The notes under the pieces were generated by a model, which searched no databases, was not told where the DNA came from, and worked only from the letters and a program-made list of their open reading frames with translations. From a virus (lineage: Duplodnaviria > Caudoviricetes), in IMG/VR virus record IMGVR_UViG_3300032332_001507, positions 1 through 64,000 of that record: a stretch of 64,000 nt of DNA; one strand, 5' to 3'. Both the position numbers and the translations under genes were made by a program. Positions 7,958-17,520 of the stretch are shown here, in pieces; position 1 is the first letter of the stretch, and every line of letters starts with the position of its first letter.

Positions 7958-9566
7958 AATTATCGAATTCGGTCCTGAAGCAAGGAAAAAACTTGTAACT
8001 GGTATTGACAAATTAGCAAACGCAGTTACGTCTACATTAGGCCCAAATGGTCGTAATGTGGTTATAGCAAATCAAGGTGGTTACCCACAATCAACAAAAG
8101 ATGGAGTAACAGTAGCAAAAAGTATCTCACTTGAAGATCCAATTGAAGAATTGGGTGTACAAATGGTTAAACAAGCAGCTATTAAAACTGCTGATGGAGC
8201 AGGTGATGGTACAACTACTTCTACATTGTTGGCTCAAAACATGGTTAAAGAAGGTTTAACATCATTAAATAATGGAGTCAACGCTGTAACTATTAAGCGT
8301 GAGATTGATGCCGCAGTCAAAGATGTAGTAACAGAATTACGCAAAGGTATCTCACAAGACATCAGCTCTGAAGATCAATTAGAACAAGTAGCTACTATCT
8401 CAGCAAACAACGATCCTGAAGTAGGAAAGTTAATTGCAACTGCAATGCAGAAAGTAGGTCGTGAGGGAGTAGTTTATATTGAAGAATCAAAATCAGGTGA
8501 TACTTATCTTGAAACAGTAGAAGGTATGCAGTTTGATCGTGGTTATAAATCCCACTTCTTTGTTACAGACAACAATACAATGTCTTGTACTTTGGATAAT
8601 CCATTTATCCTTATTGCTGATAAGAAATTTACTTCAATTAAGGAATTGTTACCATTGTTAGAAGCAGTATCATCTCAAGGTCGCCCATTGTTTATTATTG
8701 CTGAGGACATTGATGGTGAAGCATTAGCTACATTGATTGTAAATAAAATGAGAGGTACACTTAAAGTAGCAGCAGTTAAAGCTCCTGACTTTGGTGATCG
8801 TAGAAAATTGATTTTAGAAGATATCGCACTTTTAACAGGTGGTGAGGTATTTAGTACTGATAAGGGTATGAAATTAGATCGTTTTGACTCAAAATGGTTT
8901 GGTGAAGCCCGAGTTATAACAGTAACAAAAGACCAAACAACCATTATTGATGGAAAAGGACAACCTGAAAGAATTGAAACACGTATTGAAGAGCTACAGC
9001 AACAAATCGAAAAAGCAAATTCACCCTTTGAAAAAGAAAAACTCCAAGAAAGATTGGCGAAATTCATCGGAGGAGTAGCAATCATCCACGTAGGTGGAAA
9101 TACCGAAACAGAAGTTAAAGAAAAGAAAGACCGCGTTGATGATGCACTTCAAGCAACTAAAGCTGCAATTGAAGAAGGTATTGTTCCAGGTGGTGGTGCT
9201 GCTTTAATTTATGCTAGGGAAGCAATTGTAAATCGTCATACAACAGGTGGAAACATTGTTTATAAAGCATGTGCATCACCATTTATGAAGATTTTATCTA
9301 ATGCTGGTTACACTGACCAAGAGTCATTTGGGTTAATTAATAAATTAACAGGTAAAGACAATTGGAAAGGGTACAATATCACTTCTGATAAAATGGTAAA
9401 CATGAAAGAAGCTGGTATTATTGATCCAACGAAAGTCACGAGGACCGCGATTGAAAACGCCGCCTCAGTAGCAGGAACTATTTTATTAACAGAATGCACA
9501 GTTGTGGATAAGCCTGAAGATAAAAAACAGGATGACATGATGGGCGGAATGCAAGGAATGTTTTAA
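7950..9566 (+). CDS. groEL: Chaperonin GroEL
   Basis: TLGPNGRNV, TKDGVTVAK, GDGTTT, EGMQFDRGY, GGM-like tail. Confidence 0.97.
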   Translation: MSKIIEFGPEARKKLVTGIDKLANAVTSTLGPNGRNVVIANQGGYPQSTKDGVTVAKSISLEDPIEELGVQMVKQAAIKTADGAGDGTTTSTLLAQNMVKEGLTSLNNGVNAVTIKREIDAAVKDVVTELRKGISQDISSEDQLEQVATISANNDPEVGKLIATAMQKVGREGVVYIEESKSGDTYLETVEGMQFDRGYKSHFFVTDNNTMSCTLDNPFILIADKKFTSIKELLPLLEAVSSQGRPLFIIAEDIDGEALATLIVNKMRGTLKVAAVKAPDFGDRRKLILEDIALLTGGEVFSTDKGMKLDRFDSKWFGEARVITVTKDQTTIIDGKGQPERIETRIEELQQQIEKANSPFEKEKLQERLAKFIGGVAIIHVGGNTETEVKEKKDRVDDALQATKAAIEEGIVPGGGAALIYAREAIVNRHTTGGNIVYKACASPFMKILSNAGYTDQESFGLINKLTGKDNWKGYNITSDKMVNMKEAGIIDPTKVTRTAIENAASVAGTILLTECTVVDKPEDKKQDDMMGGMQGMF

Positions 9567-9826
9567 TGGCTACTGAAGTAAAGGAAGAAGTCGTGTTGAT
9601 CGCTAAGCGACGCCCACCGGGAGACCAGTGGGTGTTGCTTCTCGATCCTAATCACATATATCCATCATTAACTGATGCGTTAGAAGGTTATTTCCAAGAA
9701 GTTGGACAACCATGTGATTTTAGATTATCACCTATTAAAGGTGAATTATATGCTATTGGTAGTGTAGTGGTTGAAAAAGCCCCACCTCCACCACCAAAGA
9801 AATTTAACATGTACGGTGATTACTGA
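9566..9826 (+). CDS. Hypothetical protein
   Basis: ORF translationally coupled to groEL. Confidence 0.6.
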   Translation: MATEVKEEVVLIAKRRPPGDQWVLLLDPNHIYPSLTDALEGYFQEVGQPCDFRLSPIKGELYAIGSVVVEKAPPPPPKKFNMYGDY

Positions 9827-9833
9827 TATGTAT
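9826..9833 (+). promoter_or_regulatory. Class B motif variant (ATATGTAT)
   Basis: One mismatch to ATATTTAT, 4 nt before ATG 9838. Confidence 0.45.
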
Positions 9834-9837
9834 TATC

Positions 9838-10251
9838 ATGATTAAACTAACTAGCTTATTAAATGAAATCAGGGTTCTTAATCCGAATTCATATCAACGT
9901 GTCTTAGTGCGATACATAGATCACCATAATAAACCCGAGGATTGGGCTGACGATGGGGGAGCTTTAGCATATTTAGAATCACTTAAATCCTACCCTAAAG
10001 TAGGAACAGTAGAACAACTAGCATCCGCTATTAAAGAAATAGATGATACATTAACTGAATTTGCAGGCGAAGACCCAGGAATGTTCTTTCATGAAGCAGT
10101 AGTAACAGCATTAGAAGAAATAGTTTCTGATGACCCATCATTAAAACCAGCAGTAGATGAAGTATTAGTTGAATTACGTGAGTTATATGATGAGGAGGAA
10201 GACGAAGATGATGACGAATTTGGTTGGGCACATGATTATGACGAATATTAA
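9838..10251 (+). CDS. Hypothetical acidic protein with MIKL..LLNE leader
   Basis: N-terminal MIKLTSLLNEIRV; acidic C-terminus. Confidence 0.6.
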   Translation: MIKLTSLLNEIRVLNPNSYQRVLVRYIDHHNKPEDWADDGGALAYLESLKSYPKVGTVEQLASAIKEIDDTLTEFAGEDPGMFFHEAVVTALEEIVSDDPSLKPAVDEVLVELRELYDEEEDEDDDEFGWAHDYDEY

Positions 10252-10256
10252 AGACA

Positions 10257-10658
10257 ATGATTAAATTAACTAACATACTAAAAGAAATTACAGTAAATAG
10301 ACCATCAGCACCTACTGTATATAAACCTATACCTGAAAATGATTTATATAAAGTAAAAAATTTTCCTTCTGTTAACACAAAAGGGGATATTTTATCAAAC
10401 CCATATATCGTTGAAATACTTAATAAAATTATAGAAAGTACATATAATGAATCATTAGATCAATATCTGAACCACGTTAACCCAGAATACCAAACGAGAC
10501 AACTAGCATCTAAGATTTCTAAACTTAGACCATTCAAAACAGTATATATCTATCTTAGTGGAGACGGTACAATGTATTTTGTTAATTCTTTAGAAGAATT
10601 TTCAGCTGGGTATCAAACAGAAGAGGGTTGGGGAATTACAGGTTGGGAGCAAATATAA
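10257..10658 (+). CDS. Hypothetical protein with MIKL..ILKE leader
   Basis: N-terminal MIKLTNILKEITV, similar to preceding gene only in the leader. Confidence 0.6.
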   Translation: MIKLTNILKEITVNRPSAPTVYKPIPENDLYKVKNFPSVNTKGDILSNPYIVEILNKIIESTYNESLDQYLNHVNPEYQTRQLASKISKLRPFKTVYIYLSGDGTMYFVNSLEEFSAGYQTEEGWGITGWEQI

Positions 10659-10672
10659 ATTTATTTTAAATT

Positions 10673-10698
10673 AGGCTTGGGAAACTAAGCCTTTTTTT
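10673..10698 (+). terminator. Rho-independent terminator overlapping class A promoter
   Basis: AGGCTTGG-GAAA-CTAAGCCT followed by T-run. Confidence 0.75.
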
Positions 10699-10707
10699 GT
10701 ATATTCA
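10676..10707 (+). promoter_or_regulatory. Class A promoter
   Basis: CTTGG(10676)...TGTATATTCA(10698-10707). Confidence 0.6.
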
Positions 10708-10712
10708 CATAT

Positions 10713-11633
10713 ATGAAAGAAAATAGTTTATTTGTTGAGAAATACAGATCTAAAACATTAGATGAATATGTTGGTAATGAACAATTAAAACAAATTGTTG
10801 CTAAATATATTGCTAACAATGACTTACAAAACTTACTATTGTATGGTACACCTGGTACAGGTAAAACAACATTAGCTAAGTTAATTGTAAATAATTTTGA
10901 TTGTGACTACTTATATATAAACGCAAGTGATGAAAGGGGGATCGATACAATTAGAGATAAAGTTCAAGGATTCGCTTCAAGTGCTTCATTCAAACCTATT
11001 AAGATTGTTATTTTAGATGAAGCAGATTTTTTAACTATTCAAGCCCAAGCCTCATTACGAAATATTATTGAGACATACTCTCGTACTACTAGATTTATTT
11101 TAACATGTAATTACCTTGAACGTATCATCGATCCCCTTCAATCACGTTGTCAAGTATTAAAAATTACTCCTCCATCTAAAAAAGAAGTAGCAATGCATGT
11201 TGCTAGTATTTTAGATAAAGAAGAAATTAACTATGAACTATCTGATTTAGGGTTAGTAGTTAATAAACATTATCCGGATGTTAGAAAAATACTTAACACT
11301 TGCCAAGTAAATAATGTTGAAGGTACTCTTAAAATAGATAATACTGTTTTAACAGGTGGTTATAAAGATGCTCTATTAAAAGAACTTAAGTCACCATCTA
11401 AAACTAGTTTTAAAAACATCAGACAAATACTTGCTGATAGTAATTTGGATGATTTTGAAGACGTTTATAGATTCCTATATGATAGTTTAGACGAATATGG
11501 TAATAATGATCTAGCAAAAGCAATGATTGTCATTGAAATAGAAAGTTATATGTACCATGCTAACTTCAGAATCGATAAAGAAATCAATGTAATGGCTTTA
11601 TTAGCCTCAATTTTAAAAATTATAAACCAATAA
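10713..11633 (+). CDS. Clamp loader AAA+ subunit (RFC small / gp44-like)
   Basis: FVEKYR, GTPGTGKTT, INASDERGID, ILDEAD, SRC motifs. Confidence 0.93.
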   Translation: MKENSLFVEKYRSKTLDEYVGNEQLKQIVAKYIANNDLQNLLLYGTPGTGKTTLAKLIVNNFDCDYLYINASDERGIDTIRDKVQGFASSASFKPIKIVILDEADFLTIQAQASLRNIIETYSRTTRFILTCNYLERIIDPLQSRCQVLKITPPSKKEVAMHVASILDKEEINYELSDLGLVVNKHYPDVRKILNTCQVNNVEGTLKIDNTVLTGGYKDALLKELKSPSKTSFKNIRQILADSNLDDFEDVYRFLYDSLDEYGNNDLAKAMIVIEIESYMYHANFRIDKEINVMALLASILKIINQ

Positions 11634-11635
11634 AT

Positions 11636-11878
11636 ATGGAACAAACCCAACAACAGCTCAACGTTAAAGTTGATCCAAGCCAAACAGTGGCTATCACATC
11701 ACCAGAAGGTAATCATATCTTTGCTGAAGGTGTTATTTTGCGAAAGGTATCTAAGTTCTTAGCTGGTACAGCTGAAGACGCTATTATGCCAATCCCATGT
11801 TTTTATGATGTAAAAACATGTAAGGTATTAGTAGAAATGTTACCTAAAGAGTTTAGAAGTGAGTATGAAAATCTTTGA
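11636..11878 (+). CDS. Hypothetical protein
   Basis: ORF in replication operon. Confidence 0.6.
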   Translation: MEQTQQQLNVKVDPSQTVAITSPEGNHIFAEGVILRKVSKFLAGTAEDAIMPIPCFYDVKTCKVLVEMLPKEFRSEYENL

Positions 11879-12275
11879 TTGGCTCAATCAGATTACTTAC
11901 GATAAACAACCCTGGAATTCATTTACTGAGGAAGACAAGAAATCATTTGAACCATATATGATTCATCGCTTCCTCAGTATGAATCCTGAGTACATTGAAT
12001 TTGTAAATTTAGTACAGACTTTTCCATACACTGATAAAGAGAAAATATATAATATATATTTATATATGATACCTAGGGAAAAAATGTTTCTAAAATACAT
12101 TAAATCATCTTTAAAGAAAAAGCAAGAAAAATTGCTTGGGTATATAGCTTCTTATTATGAATGTTCTTTAGGAGAAGCAAATGAATATATTGATATTTTA
12201 AGAGAAAATGGTGTTAAAGACATTCTAAACAAAATGGGTGTTGATGAAAAAGAACAAAAAAAGTTATTAAAATGA
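11865..12275 (+). CDS. Putative clamp loader small subunit (gp62-like)
   Basis: IFDWLNQI, PYMIHRFLS, YYECSLGEA.EY pattern; next to gp44-like gene. Confidence 0.7.
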   Translation: MKIFDWLNQITYDKQPWNSFTEEDKKSFEPYMIHRFLSMNPEYIEFVNLVQTFPYTDKEKIYNIYLYMIPREKMFLKYIKSSLKKKQEKLLGYIASYYECSLGEANEYIDILRENGVKDILNKMGVDEKEQKKLLK

Positions 12276-12949
12276 AATTACTAAAAGTATTATTAGAAAT
12301 TTATAAAGAAGAATATGAATTAAATCTTAAAGAAGGTTTAATTAAAACTACTAATATAGGAAAAACTTTAAATATTTTAGAAAAAAAATATTCATCTAAA
12401 TTTATATTTACTAAAAGTAAAAATTCATTCTACATTAAAACATTTAGTACAGATATTAATACTTTATTAAACGGTATTATTAATGATGCAAATACTTTAG
12501 GATGGTTTCCTTCATTTATGGAAACTGAAGAGTATACTGGGAAATGGGATAAAAAATATTTTAAAAAAGGCGAAATTAAATTAAGATTTGAAGCTAAATT
12601 TGATGAAGAAGTAATTGAAAGAACACCTAAAATTCTTTACCATATTACTCCTACACAAAACGCTAATAAGATTTTAAATATAGGATTAGTACCTAAGTCA
12701 AGATCAAAAGCATCTTACCATCCAGATAGAGTTTATCTATCTAAAGATTTAGAAGATATAGAAAATTTAGGTGAAATGTTTTATCAAAAAACAGGAGTAA
12801 AAGATTGGTCTATATTAAAAATAGAAACAGATATGATTCCCGGGGATTATCTAAAATTATACACTGACCCAAATTATATTAATGGTTACTACACTCTAAA
12901 TAATATTCCTTCACACGCTATAGAAAAAGTAAAAGACATAAAATATTAA
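12272..12949 (+). CDS. ADP-ribosyltransferase-fold (Tpt1/KptA-like) protein with N-terminal leader
   Basis: LYHITP...ILNIGLVP...RVYLS...ILKI...NIP pattern; leader MKLLKVLLE...LKE. Confidence 0.55.
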   Translation: MKLLKVLLEIYKEEYELNLKEGLIKTTNIGKTLNILEKKYSSKFIFTKSKNSFYIKTFSTDINTLLNGIINDANTLGWFPSFMETEEYTGKWDKKYFKKGEIKLRFEAKFDEEVIERTPKILYHITPTQNANKILNIGLVPKSRSKASYHPDRVYLSKDLEDIENLGEMFYQKTGVKDWSILKIETDMIPGDYLKLYTDPNYINGYYTLNNIPSHAIEKVKDIKY

Positions 12950-12953
12950 AATA

Positions 12954-13151
12954 ATGGACAGTATTGTAAAATCAGTTATAAAACAATTTGAAGAACGTAG
13001 CATTAAAGGTAAAGAAAAGTATGGTACTGATTTAGATAGAACTGATCTATCTTTAGTAGAATGGATTGAACATGCTAAACAAGAGCATATGGATGCTATA
13101 TTGTATCTAGAAAAAATCAAATGGACAATCCTTCAAGAAGAACAACAATAG
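12954..13151 (+). CDS. Conserved-looking small phage protein (helical)
   Basis: GKEKYGTDLDR.DL...WIEHAKQEHMDAILY. Confidence 0.55.
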   Translation: MDSIVKSVIKQFEERSIKGKEKYGTDLDRTDLSLVEWIEHAKQEHMDAILYLEKIKWTILQEEQQ

Positions 13152-13154
13152 ATT

Positions 13155-14087
13155 GTGAGTAAAAGAACACCGTTCATAGTAAGAACGATCAGGAATCATA
13201 CTCCTCAAGAAATTAACTATGCGAGTCAAAAAACGATTTCGTATAGCCAATTTTCTATCTATAATGAATGTCCTCATAAGTGGAAATTATTATACAAAGA
13301 TGGATTACAAGAATATCAACCTACAATCCATACTGTATTTGGAACCGCTATGCATAATAGTATCCAACGTTATATTACTATGATGTATGAAGAAAGTACT
13401 GCATCTGCTGATAGATTTGATTTAGAAGGTTTATTTGAAGAAGAATTTGGTAAGACTTATAGAGAAGAATACGCTAAAAACAAAAAGACCCATTTTAGTG
13501 ATCCGGTTGAAATGAGAGAGTTTTATGATGACGGAATTAACATTATAAACTACTTTAAAAAAAATAAAGGTAAATATTTTAGTAAACGAGGATGGCACTT
13601 AATAGGATGTGAGTTACCAATTGTTTTAAACCCAAATCCACAATATCCAAGTATATTGTATAAAGGTTATCTTGACTTAGTCTTGTATAATGAAGACACA
13701 GATAGGCACAAGATAATCGATTTTAAAACATCTACTAGAGGTTGGAATGCGGATACTAAAAAAGATGAAAGTAAGCAATTTCAATTGCTGTTCTATAAAG
13801 AATATTATAGCAAACAATATAACATTGATAAAGATAATATTGATGTTGAATTTGTTATTTTAAAACGAAAAATTTGGGAAGAAAGTGAATTTAAACAAAG
13901 TCGAATTCAAGAGTTTGCCCCACCAGATGGAAAAATTAAAATGAATAGAGCTATGAACTCAATGGCTAACTTTATAGACCAATGTTTTAATAGTGATGGT
14001 ACATTTAAAGACACTAACCATCCTATAGTACCAAATAAAAATTGTCAATGGTGTCCGTTTAATAATACTGAATTTTGTAACAAGTAG
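13155..14087 (+). CDS. PD-(D/E)XK exonuclease, Cas4/AddB-like with Fe-S cysteines
   Basis: ISYSQ...CPHKW, FGTAMH, GYLDLV, IIDFKTS, QLLFY, CQWCPF...C. Confidence 0.85.
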   Translation: MSKRTPFIVRTIRNHTPQEINYASQKTISYSQFSIYNECPHKWKLLYKDGLQEYQPTIHTVFGTAMHNSIQRYITMMYEESTASADRFDLEGLFEEEFGKTYREEYAKNKKTHFSDPVEMREFYDDGINIINYFKKNKGKYFSKRGWHLIGCELPIVLNPNPQYPSILYKGYLDLVLYNEDTDRHKIIDFKTSTRGWNADTKKDESKQFQLLFYKEYYSKQYNIDKDNIDVEFVILKRKIWEESEFKQSRIQEFAPPDGKIKMNRAMNSMANFIDQCFNSDGTFKDTNHPIVPNKNCQWCPFNNTEFCNK

Positions 14088-14097
14088 TTCTTTGTAT

Positions 14098-14106
14098 ATA
14101 TTTATA
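14098..14106 (+). promoter_or_regulatory. Class B motif heading the glycan operon
   Basis: ATATTTATA upstream of ATG 14121. Confidence 0.55.
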
Positions 14107-14120
14107 TATAAATAAAAGCT

Positions 14121-14306
14121 ATGAATAAAAAGGATATGACACTAACAAGTGTAAAAGTGCAGACCGATTTGTTCGAAGACTTCAAGTTAGAATGTGTAAA
14201 ACAAAAATTCTCTTTACAGAAACTTGTAGACCGAACAATTCATTTGTATCTTACAGACAATGAATTTAAAAAATCAATTCACAATCACAATAATTTAAAT
14301 CGATAA
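14121..14306 (+). CDS. Ribbon-helix-helix-like small DNA-binding protein
   Basis: LTSVKV strand followed by two helices (DLFEDFK..., SLQKLVDRTIHLYL). Confidence 0.55.
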   Translation: MNKKDMTLTSVKVQTDLFEDFKLECVKQKFSLQKLVDRTIHLYLTDNEFKKSIHNHNNLNR

Positions 14307-14316
14307 AAAAAGTTTT

Positions 14317-15753
14317 ATGAATCAAAGTTTTGGTTACCTTCCTCAAAATGAACGGAAGAAGATCTTACTAATCTGTGATGACATTAGAGTACACTCAGGT
14401 GTAGCAACTGTCGCTCGAGAATTAGTAGTAAACACAGCTCAACATTTTAACTGGGTAAATGTTGGAGGAGCAATCAATCACCCAGAAGTAGGTAAACGTT
14501 TAGATTTAAGCGCAGATACTAACACTAATACTGGATTAACTGATAGTTCGATCATTCTATACCCAAGTAACGGATATGGGGATGCTAGCATGATTAGACA
14601 ACTAATCCAAATAGAAAAACCTGATGCTATTTTCTTAATTACTGATCCAAGATATTTTATTTGGTTATTCCAAATTGAAAATGAGATTAGAAGAAAAATG
14701 CCTATTATCTATCTAAATATTTGGGATGATTACCCAGCTCCAATGTATAACAGACCATATTATGAGTCATGTGATGCTTTGTTAGCTATTTCAAAACAAA
14801 CTAAAAATATCAATGAATTGGTATTGGGTGATAAAGCTAAAGGTAAAATTATTGAATATGTACCCCATGGTTTAAATGAAAATATTTTTAAACCACTTGA
14901 TCAAAATGATGAACAATTAAAGTCGTTTAAAAAAGGTTTATTTAAAGGTAAAGAATATGATTTTGCTCTATTTTTTAATTCAAGAAATATTCGTCGTAAA
15001 CAAATTCCTGACGCAATGTTTGCTTATAAAATCTTTATTGATTCATTAACTGAGGAACAAGCTAAAAAATGTGTTTTTGTTTTACATACTCAAGTAGTAG
15101 ACGATAATGGAACGGATTTAGCAGCAGTACAAGAAATGCTATTTGGTAGTGATAATAAATATAATATTATTTACTCTGACAAAACATTAGATCCAAACGG
15201 AATGAATATGTTGTATAACAGTACTGATGCTCAAATTTTATTAACTAATAATGAAGGTTGGGGATTAAGTTTAACTGAGGCAATTTTAGCAGGTAACCCA
15301 ATTATTGCAAACGTAACTGGGGGAATGCAAGATCAAATGCGTTTTAGTAAAAAAGGTAAATGGATTGATTTTGATGCTGAGTTTCCTTCCAACCATACTG
15401 GTAAAATCAAAGAACATGGTGAATGGGCGTTCCCAGTATATCCAACTAATAGATCAATTCAAGGTTCTCCATTAACACCATATATTTGGGATGACAGATG
15501 TAATGCTGAAGACGCAGCTGAACAAATTATGAATGTTTATAAATTGTCTAAAGAAGAAAGAAAAGCACTAGGCCTTAAAGGACGCGAATGGGCTTTATCA
15601 GATGAAGCTGGTTTTACAAGTGTAAATATGGGTAAAAAAGTAATTACTACCTTAGATAAATTATTTAAAACTTGGAAACCAAGACAAAAGTATGAACTTA
15701 TAAATACAAATGAAGTTAAAGATAAAACAGCACCTCACAAATTAGTATACTAA
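14317..15753 (+). CDS. GT-B glycosyltransferase (GT4-like)
   Basis: RNIRRKQ, NEGWGLSLTEA..AG.PIIA motifs. Confidence 0.85.
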   Translation: MNQSFGYLPQNERKKILLICDDIRVHSGVATVARELVVNTAQHFNWVNVGGAINHPEVGKRLDLSADTNTNTGLTDSSIILYPSNGYGDASMIRQLIQIEKPDAIFLITDPRYFIWLFQIENEIRRKMPIIYLNIWDDYPAPMYNRPYYESCDALLAISKQTKNINELVLGDKAKGKIIEYVPHGLNENIFKPLDQNDEQLKSFKKGLFKGKEYDFALFFNSRNIRRKQIPDAMFAYKIFIDSLTEEQAKKCVFVLHTQVVDDNGTDLAAVQEMLFGSDNKYNIIYSDKTLDPNGMNMLYNSTDAQILLTNNEGWGLSLTEAILAGNPIIANVTGGMQDQMRFSKKGKWIDFDAEFPSNHTGKIKEHGEWAFPVYPTNRSIQGSPLTPYIWDDRCNAEDAAEQIMNVYKLSKEERKALGLKGREWALSDEAGFTSVNMGKKVITTLDKLFKTWKPRQKYELINTNEVKDKTAPHKLVY

Positions 15754-15759
15754 ACAGTT

Positions 15760-17070
15760 ATGGAAAACAAACCGTTATTTTTTATCTCCTGCCCTATTGA
15801 TACTTATAGTGGTTACGGAGCACGCTCACGAGATTTAGTTAGAGCAATTATCCAATTGGATAAATATGATGTAAAGATTTTACCACAGATGTGGGGTAAT
15901 ACACCTTGGGGATTTATTAATGATAATCCTGAATGGGAATTTTTAAATAAACATATTTGGCTTCAACAACAATTACCTAAACAACCTGAAATTTGGATGC
16001 AAATTACAATTCCTAATGAGTTCCAACCAGTAGGAAAATGCAACATTGGTGTAACTGCTGGTATCGAAACAACAATTGTACCAGGAGATTGGATTGAAGG
16101 GCTTAATAAGATGAATTTAACATTAACTTCTTCTGAACACTCTAAAAAAATATTTCTAGACACAGTTATGCAAAAGGTAGATCAACGTACTAATCAAGTT
16201 ATTAGTGAAATTAAAGTTGAAAAACCAATTGAAGTATTGTTTGAAGGTGCCGATACTGAAATTTATAAAGTATTGGATAAAGTAGATTCATTTTCTGAAT
16301 TAAATGACATTAAAGAAAAATTTGCATTTTTATTTGTTGGACACTGGATTAACGGTGATTTAGGTGAAGATAGAAAAAATGTTGGGTTATTAATTAAAAT
16401 GTTCTTTGAAATATTCAAAAATAAAAAAGACAAACCAGCATTGGTTTTAAAAACATCCCAGATGGGTTCATCATATGTTGATAGAGAAGATATTTTAAAG
16501 AAAATTAAAGCTATTAAAAAAACAATTAATAGCAGTGATTTGCCAAATGTTTATTTGTTACATGGTGAATTTACAGATGTAGAAATGAATGAGTTATATA
16601 ATCATCCTAAAATTAAAGCGATGGTTAATTTAACTAAAGGTGAAGGGTTTGGTAGACCATTACTTGAATTTAGTTTAACTAAAAAACCAATTATAACAAC
16701 TAATTGGAGTGGCCATACCGATTTTTTAAATCCTGGATTTACAACTATGTTACCTGGGCAATTAACAGATGTTCACCCAAGTGCAGCAAATCAATGGTTA
16801 TTAAAAGAATCACAATGGTTTTCGGTTGATGTGGGATATGCTGGTACTACTATTAAGGATATATTTGAAGATTATAAAAAATATACTGATGGTGCTAAAC
16901 GTCAAGCATATAGAAGTAAAACTGAGTTTAGTTGGGATAAAATGAAAGATAAAACAGATGAATTATTTAATAAGTATATTCCTGAGTTCCCAAAAGAAGT
17001 TAAGTTACAATTACCTAAATTAAAGAAAATTGAATTACCTAAATTACAAAAAGTAGAAAGTAATGGATAA
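15760..17070 (+). CDS. GT-B glycosyltransferase (GT4-like)
   Basis: SGYG, DRKNV, GEGFGRPLLEF...PIITTNWSGH. Confidence 0.85.
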   Translation: MENKPLFFISCPIDTYSGYGARSRDLVRAIIQLDKYDVKILPQMWGNTPWGFINDNPEWEFLNKHIWLQQQLPKQPEIWMQITIPNEFQPVGKCNIGVTAGIETTIVPGDWIEGLNKMNLTLTSSEHSKKIFLDTVMQKVDQRTNQVISEIKVEKPIEVLFEGADTEIYKVLDKVDSFSELNDIKEKFAFLFVGHWINGDLGEDRKNVGLLIKMFFEIFKNKKDKPALVLKTSQMGSSYVDREDILKKIKAIKKTINSSDLPNVYLLHGEFTDVEMNELYNHPKIKAMVNLTKGEGFGRPLLEFSLTKKPIITTNWSGHTDFLNPGFTTMLPGQLTDVHPSAANQWLLKESQWFSVDVGYAGTTIKDIFEDYKKYTDGAKRQAYRSKTEFSWDKMKDKTDELFNKYIPEFPKEVKLQLPKLKKIELPKLQKVESNG

Positions 17071-17518
17071 AATTATAATGTGCCCTAAATCAGGAGGTGA
17101 CTTGTGTTATGAAACACAGGTCACACCTGAAATTACGAATTGGATGTCTTTATCTTGTGGATATTGGACTAATAGTTTGATGAAAGAAGGAAGTGAATTT
17201 TACAATGAGCAAATGTCTGTACTTCCGGAGTTATATAAAGATTTAGCTTGGAAAGATAAATCAACAGAACTAGTATGGTTACCCCAAACTATTAATGAAC
17301 CCCAAAAAGGAATGGTGTTTGCTAATGGAGTAAACACTCATGAATGGAAATGGTCAGCAGTAAAAGCAGTCCCAGTAACCGAAGAAGAAAAATTTAAATA
17401 TCCGATTCCAAAACAACCAGGTAAATTTTACGAATATAGGATGGATATGAATACAATTCAACACTTTGATGAAAGAGAATTTATCGATGCTTTAGAATAC
17501 ATTGGTTTAATAGGATAA
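17063..17518 (+). CDS. Hypothetical protein
   Basis: ORF in glycan operon, N-terminal Cys residues. Confidence 0.6.
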   Translation: MDKIIMCPKSGGDLCYETQVTPEITNWMSLSCGYWTNSLMKEGSEFYNEQMSVLPELYKDLAWKDKSTELVWLPQTINEPQKGMVFANGVNTHEWKWSAVKAVPVTEEEKFKYPIPKQPGKFYEYRMDMNTIQHFDEREFIDALEYIGLIG

Positions 17519-17520
17519 AT

